A stretch of DNA of 64,000 bases from assembly GCA_009914755.4 (NCBI GenBank), contig CP086569.2, positions 11,232,001 through 11,296,000 of the forward strand. Direction: 5' to 3'. Position numbers and translations under genes: made by a program. The DNA is from the human T2T-CHM13v2.0 reference genome, Homo sapiens. Positions 38,915-53,016 of the stretch are shown here, piece after piece (the first letter of the stretch is position 1; the number at the start of each line of letters is the position of its first letter). The notes below the pieces were generated by a model. That model had not been told where the DNA came from. It saw only the letters and a list, made by a program, of their open reading frames with translations, and did not search any database.

Positions 38915-39807
38915 TAGGAAACAATAAAAGTTCTGTGTGTTCTGACTCTTCCACTGACCAGCTGTTCTCCCATCTCTCTCCCTCTCCTTGGGCCTCCCTA
39001 TGCCCTAAAACACAATAATATTGAAATTAGGAGAAGTCATAACCCTACAGTGTCCCCTACATGTCCAAGTGAAAGGAAGAGTCACACATCTCTCATTTGA
39101 AATCAAAATCTAGGAGTGATTAAGCTTAACAAGGAAGCTTAACAAGAAAGTTGAGTCAGGCCAAAAGTGAGGCCTCCTGCACCAAAGAGTAAACCATCAC
39201 GTGAATGCAAACAAAATGTTCCTGAAGGAAATTAGAAGGGCCACTCCAGTTAACATGCAAATGATAAGTGAAACAGGCTTTAGTGCTGATAGGGAGAAAG
39301 TTTTAACCGCCAAACTTTGATGATCGAGATGGTCACAACATTCATTTAATCCAAAGCCTCATCCAGAGCAAGGCCCTGACTCTCTTCAATTCTCTGAAGG
39401 CTGAGAGAGGTGAGGAAGCTGCAGGAGAAAGGCTGGAAACCAGCAGAGGTTTATTCATAAGGTTGAAGGAAAGGAGCCGTCTCCATAGCAGGAAAGTGCG
39501 AGGTGAAGCAGCAAGTGCTGCTGGAGAAGCTGCAGCAAGTTCTCCAGAAGATCTCACTCAGATCATTGATGAAGGTGGCTACACTAAACAACAGATTTTC
39601 AGTGTAGACAAGACAGTCTTCTATTGAAAGAAGATGGCATCTAGGACTTTCGTAGCTAGAGAAAAGAAGTCAACGTCTGATTTAAAAGCTTCAAAGGACA
39701 GGCTGTCTTCTTAGGGGGCTAATGTAGCTGGTGACTTTAAGTTGAAGTCTATCCTAATATATCATTCAAAAAAACTGAGGGCCCTTAAGAATGATGCTAA
39801 ATCAATC

Positions 39808-40110
<303 letters not shown>

Positions 40111-40577
40111 CTAATTTAATCTGTGCTCTATAAATGGAACAACAAAGCCTGGATGACAGCACATCTGTTTACAGCACACGTTACTGAATATTGTAAGCCC
40201 ACTGTTGAGACCTAATGCTCAGATAAAGAGATTCTTTTCCAAATATTACTGCTCCTTGACAATGCACCTGGTCACTCAAGAGCACTGATGGAGATGTATA
40301 AGAAGATAAACGTTTTCATGCTTGCATACACAATATCCATTTTGCAGTCCATGGATTAAGGATTAGTTTTGACTTTCAAGTCTTATTATTTCACCATATA
40401 TCTTGTAAGACTATAGCTGCCATAGATTCCTCAGATGGAGTTGGGCAAAGTCAACTGAAACCTTCTGGAAAGAATTTAGCATTCCAGATGCCATTAAGAA
40501 TATGCATGTTTCATAAGAGGAGGTGGAAATGTCAACATTAACTTTGGAAGAAGTTGATTCCAACCCTCATAAACGAC

Positions 40578-40863
40578 TTTTTTTTTTTTTTTTGAGATGG
40601 AGTCTCATTCTGTCACCCAGGCTGGAGTGCAGTGGAGTGATCTCGGTTCACCACAACCTCCGCCTCCCACCTCAGCCTCCTGAGTGGCTGGGACTACAGG
40701 TGCCCACCACCCCACCCTGCCAATTTTTTGTATTTTTAGTAGCGACAGGTTTTCACCATTAGCCAGGATGATCTCGATCTCCTAACCTCGTGATGTGCCC
40801 ACCTCGGCCTCCTGAAGTGCTGGGACTACAGGCTTGAGCCACCGTGCTCAGCCAAGAATATTC
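40578..40863 (-). mobile_element. Alu (antisense) nested in Tigger1, flanked by an ~85 bp direct duplication of Tigger1 sequence
   Basis: tttttttttttttttgagatggagtctcattctgtcacccaggctggagtgcagtggagtgatctcggttcaccacaacctccgcctccc … gctgggactacaggcttgagccaccgtgctcagcc. Left flank 40493-40577 (aagaatatgcatgtttcataagaggaggtggaaatgtcaacattaactttggaagaagttgattccaaccctcataaacgac) is repeated at 40864-40945 (aagaatattcacgactcataagaggaggtgaaaatatcaacattaagtttggaagaagttgattccaactctcatggatgac). Confidence 0.88.
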
Positions 40864-42476
40864 ACGACTCATAAGAGGAGGTGAAAATATCAACATTAAG
40901 TTTGGAAGAAGTTGATTCCAACTCTCATGGATGACTTTGAGTTATTCAAGTCTTTGGTGGAGGAAGGAACTGCAGATGTGGAAATAGCAAGAGAACTGGA
41001 ATTAGAAGTGGGACTGAATTGCTGCAATCTCATGATATAACTTGAATGGATGAGGAGTTGCCTCTTTGGGAGGAGCAGAGGAAGTGGTTTCCCAAGACGG
41101 AATCTACTCCTGGTGAAGATGCTATGAACACTGTTGAAATGTCCACACAGGATCTAGAATATTCCATAAACTCAGTGGATAAAGCAGTGCAGGGTTTGAG
41201 AAGATTTCATCCAATTTTGAAATAAGTTTTACTGTGGGTAAAATGCTATCAGACAGCAGTGCATGCTACAGAGAAATCGTTCGTGAGTCAATTAATGCAG
41301 AAAACTTCTTTGCTGTTTTATTTTACGGAATTGCCACAGCCACCCCAACCTTCAGCAACCACCACTCTGCTCAGTCGGCAGCCATCAACATGAGGCAACA
41401 CACTCCACCAGGAAAAAGATTACAGGCCACTGAAGATGCAGGTGATTCTTAAGTATTTTTAACAAGGTATTTTTTAATTAAGGTATATACACTGCTTTTT
41501 TAGACATTATGCTATTACATACTTAATAGACTACATAGAGTATAAATATAACTTTAATGTGCATTGAGAAATCAAAAAATGTGTGTGCCTCATTTTATTG
41601 CAAGATTCATTTTATTGCAGTGGTCTGGAACCAGACTCACTATCTCTAAGGTATGCCTGTTATGTAAGTCATTGAGAATGCTGAAGAAGATGTTGATGGT
41701 CAGGTCATTTCTGGATCAGAAGAAATATTCCCTTTGTTCAGACCTTCCAGGCTGCATACAACCCAGCACCCCAGCCTCCGGTGGACCAGCCATCCTCTCC
41801 GCGTCTGCCGGCTCGAGCCCCACTCATCCTTCCACTGGGGCCGAGGTCTCACGATGTCATCTCCCTGGCCTCCTGCAGGCTGAGCTGACCACTGGGCACC
41901 TTGGGTGGGAACACAGGGAGCTGCTCTGACTGCCCACAGCACTCAGGCCAGCTGACTGGCCCTGCTCCCTTTCCTGTCTGGCCTGTGAGTCTTGGCCTCT
42001 TCACCTTGCATTTCCTGTCTCCCAGGAAGGTGAGAGCAGTGCTGAGTTTCATATTTTGCCTTAGGATGGTTCTCCTCACTCTCTCCTAACTGGCAGGCAG
42101 GAGTTGGTCCCTCTGTCACTCAATCTCCTGAAGGCTGTGATGTCCAGATCGTTCCGAAACCTGCTGTGGGCCTGGCCCAAGGGGCTCAGGACACATAAAA
42201 CCTGCAAATGGATGTAACGAGATCTCTGAGACCCAAACCAGGCTGTCTTCTCCCTTATCTCCAGAAAGGCAGTACACACAGCATGAGACGTGGGTGGTGA
42301 CGCAGTGGGACAGGGGCTGACATGGTCAGGAGCTGTGGAGATGGCATTTGTGGCTGACACCAGCCCTGTGATGATGTTCTCAGGACTTCTTTAGGCCAGC
42401 TTCAGTTCTCTCTAAGTTCCCTTCATACCACAAAGGCCCTCAGCCACAAAAGGGAGCTGAGTCCTAGCACAAATGA

Positions 42477-42899
<423 letters not shown>

Positions 42900-43254
42900 A
42901 TTTCTGTTTTTAATTTGCATAACCAAACCGAAGCTATTAAACTTGGATGGCATTGAACAGCATTGGATCAACATTCCAGACAAGGAACACTCCTGGGTAG
43001 TATTATCCAACAGTCAAGAAAAGTCTGGACTTCACAGCGGGGCTGATGGGTGTTTCTGCCTACTGAGCCTTGCTTGTACTCAGTGGACTGTGCAGATCAT
43101 AAACTATAGCAATGATCCTGGTGAAGGGAGGCTACATCACTGAGGTCTGCAGAGCTGTAAGTTACAGAGCTAGGGTTGGCCATGCTGTTGAACAGAGTGA
43201 TACATCTACACCCCTCTTAGTACAGTTCATGTTCAAGCTCAAATCAAAACCAAA

Positions 43255-43485
43255 GAGCAGGCAAGGCAACATAGGGAAAAGGTCTCTATGAAAAATAAAA
43301 TTTTTAAAAAACTAGCCAGGCATAGTGGTATGTGTCTGCAGTCCCAGCTACTCTGGAGACAGAGACAGAAGTGTCCCCTGAGCTGGGAGGTTGAGGCTGC
43401 AGTGAACTACGATTGCACCACTGCATTCCAGCCTGGGTGACAGAGCAAGACCCCAACTCAAAACAAAACAAAAGAAAAAATGGAG
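43255..43485 (+). mobile_element. Alu, 5'-truncated (end of left arm, A-rich linker and right arm), sense
   Basis: …gagcaggcaaggcaacatagggaaaaggtctctatgaaaaataaaatttttaaaaaactagccaggcatagtggtatgtgtctgcagtcccagctactctggag … ccactgcattccagcctgggtgacagagcaagaccccaactcaaaacaaaacaaaagaaaaaa. Confidence 0.8.
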
Positions 43486-46400
43486 AGAGTGAGGGAAAGT
43501 CACTCACACTTGGTTCACAAGAGTTACAAGTATTCTGCAAGGTGAGAGGCTAAGAACTGAGACTACTGGACTGTGGGCAGAATGCAGGCACTGGAGACAG
43601 GTAAAGGCAGCTGTGTTTGGCCTGAGTCTGCCACTTATGCTGAGTTATGAGTCACTCAGGCTGCTGTGGCAAAGCACCACAGAACAGGCTGCTTAAACCA
43701 CAGACATTTATTGTCTCCCATTCTGGAAGACATATCTGAGATCAAGATGTCTGCAGCGCTGGTTCCTCCGCAGGCCTCTCTTCCTGGCTTGCAGATGGAC
43801 GCCTTCTCTCTGTGTCCTCAGGTGGTTGTCCCTCTTTGTGTGTCTGCATCCTCACCTCTTCTTCTCATAAGGACTCCAGTCCGATGGGATCAGGGCCCAC
43901 TCTAACAACTTCATTTAACTTGATTGCCTCTGTAAAGACCCAATCGCCAAATAAAGTCTCATTCTGAGGTCCTGGGTTACAACTTCAATCGATATAGAAA
44001 TTTTGGTGGGGGAGAGACTTAGCCCACAACACTGAATGACCATGGGGTGAGTCTCTGCAACCTACCGAGGGCCACCACCTCCATGTGGTGGGACACGTCC
44101 GCACTGATGAGTAAGATACATAAACAATGGTGGATCAGCAAACCAGTGCCAAAAAGTATCTGGCCTGCCAGGGTCACAGCAGCTTCTTGGGCAATGCTGT
44201 TTTGATTTACAGCAATGTAGCAAGAAGAGTTTCCTGTGAGAGACTAAATTGCCTTCCAAATCTGCTTTGGGCCCTGTAAAATGGCGATGATGATGGGTGA
44301 TTTTGGAAGATTGTAGTGAGGACAAGGGAGTGTCTAAACAAAGCTTGAGAAAATGGTAAATATTATACCATATAAAATAGGTCTTATTGCCATGGGTTAT
44401 CTGAAGGCTGTGGAAAGGGCCATCCACAACATGAGGCTTGGATTATACTGATGGATTCAGGGACTTCCACCTCTATGGCTTCTGCTAATTCACCTTCCTC
44501 AGGTGAGACTTACATCCACCTTCCTCTTGACTTCTACCCAAGGAGCCCAGGAAAAGCCAAGAGAACAAGGGGGAAGAAATGCCAGAGCATCTCAGGTCAT
44601 GGCCCCATGGGGACATTCCCTATTCAGGATCTGGAGCCAGAAACACAGACCTCAGGGACGATCAAGATGCCAGCTCTGCAAACGAATGTAAGCAGTGTTC
44701 AGCACGAACTTAGGAAAGCCAGAAAAACTCCAAGTTTCTGAGCACATCATTCATTACAAAGAAGCGCATTTCACATTCAGAATTTCCTCTGCAGTTATGG
44801 TTTCTGTCATCATCAATTTCTGCATGATGCATTTTTAAGGGCCCATCATAAACACAAGCTTAGCAGGGGCCACAGAAAGGTACATGCAGACATCTTCGGG
44901 CCTTTGATAGCTGTTCACATGCAATCCATGTACTTGCACGCCTCTGACAGATAACCAACATCAAGGTCATCCCAAACTACAATTGGTTTATTCCCAAATG
45001 CAATTATCCAAATGAAATAATACTTCTTACTGTGGACAGAGGCCCATTGGACTGGTGCTCATGGTGGCAAACACTAAAACCCTGGCATGCACGGGTAACA
45101 CACGAAGCTGAAATCAGACACATCAATGGAACAGGGAAATACGGGGTGACCTTGACTCAGAAGGACAGCCTAGTCGGGGGGTGCTGAGGTCCAAGAGTCA
45201 GGCTTAGTGCTTCTGCATGTTTAAATGCCAATAAAGCATAACGGAGCTGTGGATTTGGTTTTCCAGTCAGAACATTTTTCGCACAGTGAAAGCTTCATGG
45301 CAGCCGCTGGATGCTGTGGTGAAGTGGTGGGCAGACTGTATCTCTGGGAGATTAGTAAGAGGCTGCCTGTCTGTCTCTGCTATTGTCAAGGTGATGCTAA
45401 ACTGGGAGACAATGCTAGGTTCTGCCAGCGGTCCATGGACTCCTTGGGGGTGACTTAATCTTCCTCTTTTCATAGCCATGATTTCAGGCAGAGCCATTGT
45501 AAAGCAGAGATCAGATGCTGGCCAGAGAAGTCCCTTTAGGAGCAATAAATTGAAGTGAAGTAACAGGCAGCCATGGAGGGGGAGTTATAATTTAAAATCC
45601 TGACTGCAGACACAAAACACTTACTATGCACCCACAGCCTGGCTCGTAAGCGTGTTAAACACATCATCTCTTCCTTATGTTCTCCGGAAGGCAGCATTAG
45701 TACCCCCAGGACCAAAGAGGAATACTCCAAAAATGCCAGATCATTCCCAGAGCCACACAGCTGCAAGAGGAGGAATGGTGATTAAGGGAGACCCCAAGGC
45801 TGAGCTAATGAGTCCAACTCGATCCTGGCAGCACACAGATGGAGCCATGAGTCAGGAAGATTAAGCCAGCAGGAGGCCAGAAAGTGGATTACAGAGGAGG
45901 CCACAGAAGCGGGTGAGGCTGCTGCCGGGACGCAGATGCTGCTCAGAAGCTCTGGTGCAGGAGGACTTGTCCGCCCAGAAGGGAGGGCAGCAAGTGAAGG
46001 GTGGAGGCTGGTGGGGAGGCAGAGTCAGAGCCAGGCTGGAGGAATTGTCCAGGTCCAAACTCAGAGCAAAGATGTTGGAAAAATTCCTCACCCTTGGATT
46101 TAACACAGAAAAGTAAAAACTGATGATCTGTGGCCCTGGTATTGCCACCCTCTGGATAAGCCTTACCAACTTGGGATGCCAGCAAAGAAGGGATGGCTGC
46201 TCCTCACCAGCATGGCCCCAAACCACAATACTCCTCCCACAGTGTGGGATTTACAGAGCTTTGCTACAGAACTTGTAGTAATTCCAGACCAAAGTCAATT
46301 TTCCTATACATTGTTTTCTCCATGAGATTTAAATAGGTATTAACTCCAAGCTAATGAGGAAGAGCACCTCAAGTCAGACGTTTTATGTGCAGGCTATGGA

Positions 46401-46934
46401 GACCCCGCAAACTGGGCCAATCTCTCCCATATACAAAGCACGAACCGAATAAGTAACAGAGGAAGGGTCCACATATAATCCTTACAATATTTGCTTTAAA
46501 TGATGTGTAAGAAAATAAAGTCCTTCTCTGCCTTTATCGAGGATGCCCTGTGACATGAATAATAACCAATATGATCAAGGTTTGACTTTCCATGGCAACT
46601 TTCATTGGAGGGCCCCAGGGCCTTCCCTTTTGTTCTAAACAATTTGTAACTCACCAGTTTCTTGACTAAAATGGTCAAGTGTAAACCACTCCTCTTAAGG
46701 ACATGGAGGCTAGTTTTCACTGCTGTATTACAGAGACAATAGAGGCAGAAGGCTGAGGGGCTGGGGAGCAGCACTCTCTTTGGCCTTAGCAACCAGTTAA
46801 TGAAACCATAAAGGAAATCAGATTCCATGCCTTCTACCTCCCCAAGAGGTAATCCAAATGCATAATACAAAGGACATGGTGGGGCTACTCAAAGTGGAGA
46901 CCAAAGATCCTAATCATGTATTTCTATAATCAAG

Positions 46935-47285
46935 AGAATGGATAGATGGGTGAATGAGTGGATGGAGGGAGGGAGGGAGAGAAGGGTGAGGTGTGTAGGA
47001 AGATGAGTGGATACATGGATGGGTGGCTGGGTAGGTGGGTGGCTGGGTGGATGCATGGATGGATGGATGGATGGATGGATGGATGGATGGATAGATGGCT
47101 TCCTGGCTGGGTAGATGGGTGGCGGATGGATGGATGGATGGATGGATGGATGGATGGATGGCAGACAGGCAGGTAGGCTGGATGGATGGATAGATGGACA
47201 GATGAGTGAGTGGAGGGGGGATGTGGATGGGGAGATGTGGATGGGTTGGCGGGTCAGGGGATGGGTGGGTAGGTGGGTGGAAGCA
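46935..47285. repeat. (GGAT)n / (GGGTGGATG)n tetranucleotide-based simple repeat block
   Basis: …gggtggctgggtggatgcatggatggatggatggatggatggatggatggatggatagatggcttcctggctgggtagatgggtggcggatggatggatggatggatggatggatggatggcagacagg… . Track ORF 46958..47176 (…[12 protein letters not shown]…) is an artefact of the repeat. Confidence 0.9.
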
Positions 47286-47582
47286 TAGAGTGGAGGGGTG
47301 GTCTATGGGACCCCCCTGGTTATGCTGGAGTCAGTGTAGGGCCACACTTCATGGACTCAAAGTTTTTGAATAAAGACCATTATCACGTTACATCTTCTGC
47401 CCAAGTTCTTTTTGATAACTTTTCTTTTAGGGCAGAAAATGTGCTCATGTCAAGGCCACATATACCTAAACTTCTACTTAAGTCTATAATCCCAGAAGAA
47501 TTTCCTTTCATTTAGCGAACAAGCAGCTGGGAGAGAACATTCTGGAACAAAACATCTGAAACTGAAAGGGCAGCCCAAAGGA

Positions 47583-47700
47583 AAACTATTTTTTTTTTTT
47601 TTTTTTTAGAGAAGGGGTCTCATTACGTTGCCCAGGTGATCCTCCTGCCTGAGCCTTCTCAGTAGCTGGGATTACAGTTGTGCACCACTGCACCAGGCTA
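47583..47700 (-). mobile_element. Alu-derived fragment (left-monomer-like, antisense, ~110 bp)
   Basis: tttttttttttttttttagagaaggggtctcattacgttgcccaggtgatcctcctgcctgagccttctcagtagctgggattacagttgtgcaccactgcaccaggcta. Confidence 0.6.
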
Positions 47701-48044
47701 CATTCGTGGATAAAAGAGCTTTTACCTTTCTCAGTGGACTGGGTGACTTGACAGTGCAGAAAGCTCCTCCATGGCAGGAGGCCTGGAGTGGGCACTGGAC
47801 ACAGCACAGGTGGGAGGGGAGGAGCTCATCTCCAGCAGGAGAGGCAAAGAACTGAGAAAGAGCTTCCCTCTCAGTCCACGTGTGGTGCCACTCCATCACT
47901 GGCAATGGCCAGAGCAGGCATCTGGGGAGGGGAGCGGGGGAAAGGGGAAGTGACTGCCAGCAGGGGTGGGGTTTCCTCTTGGGGGGATGGAAGCTTCCTG
48001 AGATTCACAGTGGTGATGGGCTCACTCATCTGTGAATTTCCTAA

Positions 48045-48385
<341 letters not shown>

Positions 48386-49096
48386 TGAGAAACTGCAAAG
48401 ACGCAGGCCTCACATCTTAAACCCTCTCTCCAGGACTGCCGCACTAGCTTTGTCATAGGGAAGTGTCTGTGGGTCTCCAGCTTTCCCTGCACTTCCCAGG
48501 GTCCCAGCCTCCAGCACCATTTACCTGGAGCCCCCATTTCTTCTTATCCTTCTCCTCTCACCAGAGAGGCCAAGATTACCCTTTTCAAATATAAACGATG
48601 TCATATGCTCTGTACCAAACTCTGCCCATCAAATACAACCATGGCCTCCTTGTCATGACCCTACACCTGGATGCTCACCGCCCACCTCTGCTGCCTCACA
48701 CACACTGGTCTCGCAGCCCTCAGCCTTCTCTGCTGAGTCAATGCACCAAGTTTGTGCATACCTCAGGCTGGCTGTCCCTGAAGACCCTCACCCTAGAAGA
48801 TCCCAAGCAAAGACCCTCTCCCATCCTCTGAGGCTCAGTACAGCCATTGGTCCCTCACCCCACAGAGGCAATGGTTTAAATGAATTCACTCACTCCATGG
48901 CCAGATACCCAGCATTCACTCTGTTGTACCGGCTGATGGGGTACAAGGATGAGCAGAGCCTGCACTAGGTGTCCTCTTGGAGTGGAACTGCTGCCCAGAC
49001 ACACCCCAGGTGATTAGCCATGAAATCCCCCTGCAAAGAAAGAGCCAGAGGAGAAGCCATGGAGCCACGGAATCCTCAGGAAAAAAAATCCAGTGA

Positions 49097-49516
<420 letters not shown>

Positions 49517-49889
49517 TAGAGAACTTCTGACAGTCTGGTCTGAAGCTGTTCTGGTTGCCCAAGAGGAATAAGACAGGAAGGCTGGGGTGGTGATGAAGTC
49601 TGAGGGAACAACACAGGCTTGCAGGGGTCTAGAAGGTACAGTGACCAGACTTAGGGAGGGACTGCCTGTAGGAGCTGTAGAGAGGAAAGCTCAGGAGGAC
49701 GCCTACATTCTGGTTGTGACAGCTGAATCAAAGATGGTCCCCACAGCCAAAAAGTGGAAAGAATCCAGCTGACCATCAAATGGGAACGGACTCACAAGAT
49801 GTGGTCCCTCAATGCAAGATGGTGGCAATCAGAACAAGGCTCAACAGGGCTCTGCTAAATGCCACCCTGGGGATGGACCTCAAAGCTGT

Positions 49890-50296
49890 CATGCTTCAGC
49901 CTCAGTGTCCACCAAGACTGGATCAAGGAAACGTGGTGCATATGTGCAATGGAATACTACTCAGCCATAAAAAAGGAGATCATGTCTTTTGCGGCAACAG
50001 GGATGGAACTGGAGACCATTATCTTACATGAAAGGACTCGGAAACCAAAACTCAAATCTTGAATGTTCTCACTTATAAGTGGAAGCTAAATAATGTGTGT
50101 GCAGGAACGCAGAGTTTGGAATGATGGACACAGGAGACTCAGAAGTGTGATGGGGGGTGAGAAATTACTCAATAGGTACAAAATACATCATTCAGGTGAT
50201 GGTCACATGAAAAGCCCACACTTTACTTCTATGCAACATTCTCATGTAATAAAACTGCACTTGTACCCATTAAATTTATACCCAAAAAAGCCAATT
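49890..50296 (+). mobile_element. Older L1 (L1PB/L1MA-like) 3' end fragment, sense
   Basis: …gtgtccaccaagactggatcaaggaaacgtggtgcatatgtgcaatggaatactactcagccataaaaaaggagatcatgtcttttgcggcaacagggatggaactggagaccattatcttacatgaaaggactcggaaaccaaaactcaaatcttgaatgttctcacttataagtggaagctaaataatgtgtgtgcagg … ctatgcaacattctcatgtaataaaactgcacttgtacccattaaatttatacccaaaaaa is characteristic of L1 3'-end sequence (…tctcacttataagtgggagctaaa…aaactgcacttgtacccc). Confidence 0.75.
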
Positions 50297-50514
50297 ATGC
50301 TGAGTCAAAGAAACCAGGCACAGAAGGCCACATGTTGTTTGACTCCGTGTCTATGAAGTGTCTGGAATAAGAAAATCCACACAGACAGAAAGTGGCTTCC
50401 TGGTCGTCAGGGGCTGGAAGTGGGGGTGGGGATCCACTGCAACCCAGCACAAGGGATGGAAACCTCCCACACCAGGATGGTGGTGACAGGTGCACAACTC
50501 AGCAAATCCATTAG

Positions 50515-50839
<325 letters not shown>

Positions 50840-51555
50840 CTGAATTGTATTCTTAAAGTAAATAAATCTTATAATTTATAAATTATAACTCAATAAAACT
50901 TTTTGAAAAAAAAGAAAGCCTTTTTTTAGTCTTTTTAAAAAGAATCTTTTCTTAAAAAATAAGTATTAAAATACGTACTTTAAAAAAGTAACTGCTATCT
51001 AAGAGAGCAAATAACTGTGGGACCAGATCTGGAGGATGTGAGAGAAGGTTAGGTCATAGCATTGGTTTTGCACAACTTGAGGTGAGGGGCATCTGGGCTT
51101 TCAACAGAGAAGTTATCAAGGGGGAAATAAGACTAGGCCCCCCAAGGGAGGCTGCAGCAGGAGAGGTGACCGTGGATGCTGTGTGAATGGAAATTCTATC
51201 ACCGCCAGGGTGCTGGGTGCAGGGAGCCGCTAACAGAAGTTCTATCAGTGCCAGGGTGCTGGCTGCAGGGAGCTGGACCTGGCCGAGGAGCCCTCCTGCC
51301 ACCCACTCCCCAGCAGGCCCAGGTGTTGAAGAGAATGCACCAGAAGGTAAATCTGACCAGAACCGGCTTTCTACCTGGAAAAATCCACCTGAGGGAGTCA
51401 AGGACAAACCTTCTTGAAGTGGAATTAAGAGGCTGCCACTCAGGATCATGACCACCCAAGCTGTCAATCTCTCAGGCACATGGACTCCATCAACTCCTAG
51501 AAGAAGACACCCAGCTCTCACCTCGCAGGGTCCAGGAGCAAGCAGTGAGACACAC

Positions 51556-51735
51556 ACACAGCAAAACATCAAAACGCAGCTTCTAACAGTAATGAACCAC
51601 TCCTGCACCAGCCATCCAGAGCCCTCTCTCACAATGGGCGGGTGCACACACACAGCAAAGCACCTGAACACAGCTTCTAACGGTAACTAACCACCCCTGC
51701 ACCAGCCGTCCAGAGCCCCTCTCACAATGGCCGGG
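51556..51735. repeat. Local tandem duplication (~85-90 bp x2)
   Basis: cacacacagcaaaacatcaaaacgcagcttctaacagtaatgaaccactcctgcaccagccatccagagccctctctcacaatgggcgggtgcac is followed by cacacagcaaagcacctgaacacagcttctaacggtaactaaccacccctgcaccagccgtccagagcccctctcacaatggccgggtgcc. A second small ~38 bp x2 duplication lies at 51186-51270 (ttctatcaccgccagggtgctgggtgcagggagccg / ttctatcagtgccagggtgctggctgcagggagctg). Confidence 0.8.
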
Positions 51736-52008
51736 TGCCTCATGGTCTCTGAGGATGAGGAGTCAGCCCCAGGTACAGGAGGGGAAGATAGGCTCAGATG
51801 TTGCCAGGACAGGTAGAGTCCTCCCAATATTCAAAAGTAGAGGAATCCTCAAATACAAAATGCAAATGCGGTAATTATGTGCCTGTGACCAAAAAGAGGG
51901 GATTAAATCTTGAAGGCGGAGGAGATGAAACCTCCTTACTTTTGGGGTTCTATTTTAATCCACAATAATAAGCAGACGGGCCAAGACCACTTTGGAATCA
52001 AGCATATC

Positions 52009-52290
52009 TGGCCAGGCGCGGTGGTTCACACCTGTAATCCCAGCACTTTGAGAGCCTGAGGTGGGAGGATCACTTGAGTCCAGGAGCTCAAAACCTCTCT
52101 GGACAATATAGTGAGACTCTGTCTCTACTAAAAAGAAAAAAAAATCCCAGTGTGGTGGCGTGCACTTGGGAAGCTGAGGCAGGAAGATCCCTTGAGCCAA
52201 GGGTCCAGTGAGTCGTGATGGCACCACTGAACTCCAGCATGAGTGACAGAGCAAGACCCTATCTCAAAAAAAAAAAAAAAAAAAAAAAGA
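52009..52290 (+). mobile_element. Alu (older, AluJ/S-like, sense) with long A-rich tail
   Basis: ggccaggcgcggtggttcacacctgtaatcccagcactttgagagcctgaggtgggaggatcacttgagtccaggagctcaaaacctctctggacaatatagtgagactctgtctctactaaaaagaaaaaaaaatcccagtgtggtggcgtgcac … ccactgaactccagcatgagtgacagagcaagaccctatctcaaaaaaaaaaaaaaaaaaaaaaag. Confidence 0.88.
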
Positions 52291-52821
52291 GAAGAAAAAG
52301 AAAAATCTGGGAGTCCATTTGGAAGCAGCAGACAGACGAGAGGACATCCCCTTCAGCAGGTGCATGCCACAGGGTGAGGCAGCACAGCAGGAATGAGAGG
52401 GCAGGGACCTCCCAGCATGGCAAATGTAGCAGGGATTTTGAGTGACTGTATGGGAGGAGAGAGAGGGAGGACAGGTGAGTGACGATGCATGGTCTTTGAG
52501 GGGGGCCAGGATGGCAGTGCAAATGCTTTTTCCTGAATGAAGTACCCCACTGGAAGATGCTTGTGCTTTATAAATGAAAGCGCTGACTCAAGCACAGAAT
52601 GGGATGCTCATTTTCCCTAAGCATCTGCTGGGAGGTGGGCCAGGTCACAAGGATCAGCCCTCAGAGTGGCAGCTTCAGCTGAGCTACTTGGTGCCAGGCC
52701 TCAGGGAGAGGCAGACGCGGGGCTGACGTACACGCCCCAGGAGGGCCCGAGAAAGGCCGCCACAGTCCCGTTCTGTTTTCTTCTCTGCTCTCCTTGCAAT
52801 ATGGCATTCACTGTGGATTAA

Positions 52822-53016
52822 AGGGTGGGGGGAGGGGGAAGGGATAGCATTGGGAGATATACCTAAAAGTAAATGAGGTAATGGGTACAGCACACCAACA
52901 TGGGACATGTATACATATGTAACAAACCTGCACATTGTGCACATATACCTTAAAACTTAAAGTATAATAATAATAAAATTTAAAAAAGAAAAAAAGGAAA
53001 AAAAGAAAAAGAAAAA
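52822..53016 (+). mobile_element. L1 3'-UTR terminal fragment (sense) with A-rich tail
   Basis: aagggtggggggagggggaagggatagcattgggagatatacctaaaagtaaatgaggtaatgggtacagcacaccaacatgggacatgtatacatatgtaacaaacctgcacattgtgcacatataccttaaaacttaaagtataataataataaaatttaaaaaagaaaaaaagg is the canonical end of primate L1. Confidence 0.85.

Noticed and set aside
40493-40945. Alternative explanation of the 85-bp flanking repeat as an ordinary tandem duplication unrelated to the Alu
   Set aside because: It is not fully rejected. It is disfavoured because the duplication boundaries coincide exactly with the Alu ends on both sides. Also, the two copies share derived changes relative to the Tigger1 consensus, consistent with formation at the time of insertion. 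It is kept as a finding with a test.
41700-42000. Mildly CpG-containing GC-rich stretch just distal to Tigger1 (ccggtggaccagccatcctctccgcgtctgccggctcgagccc…), considered as a possible CpG-island promoter
   Set aside because: There are too few CpGs over too short a span. There is no TATA/Inr or first-exon-like ORF, and no adjacent exon signals.
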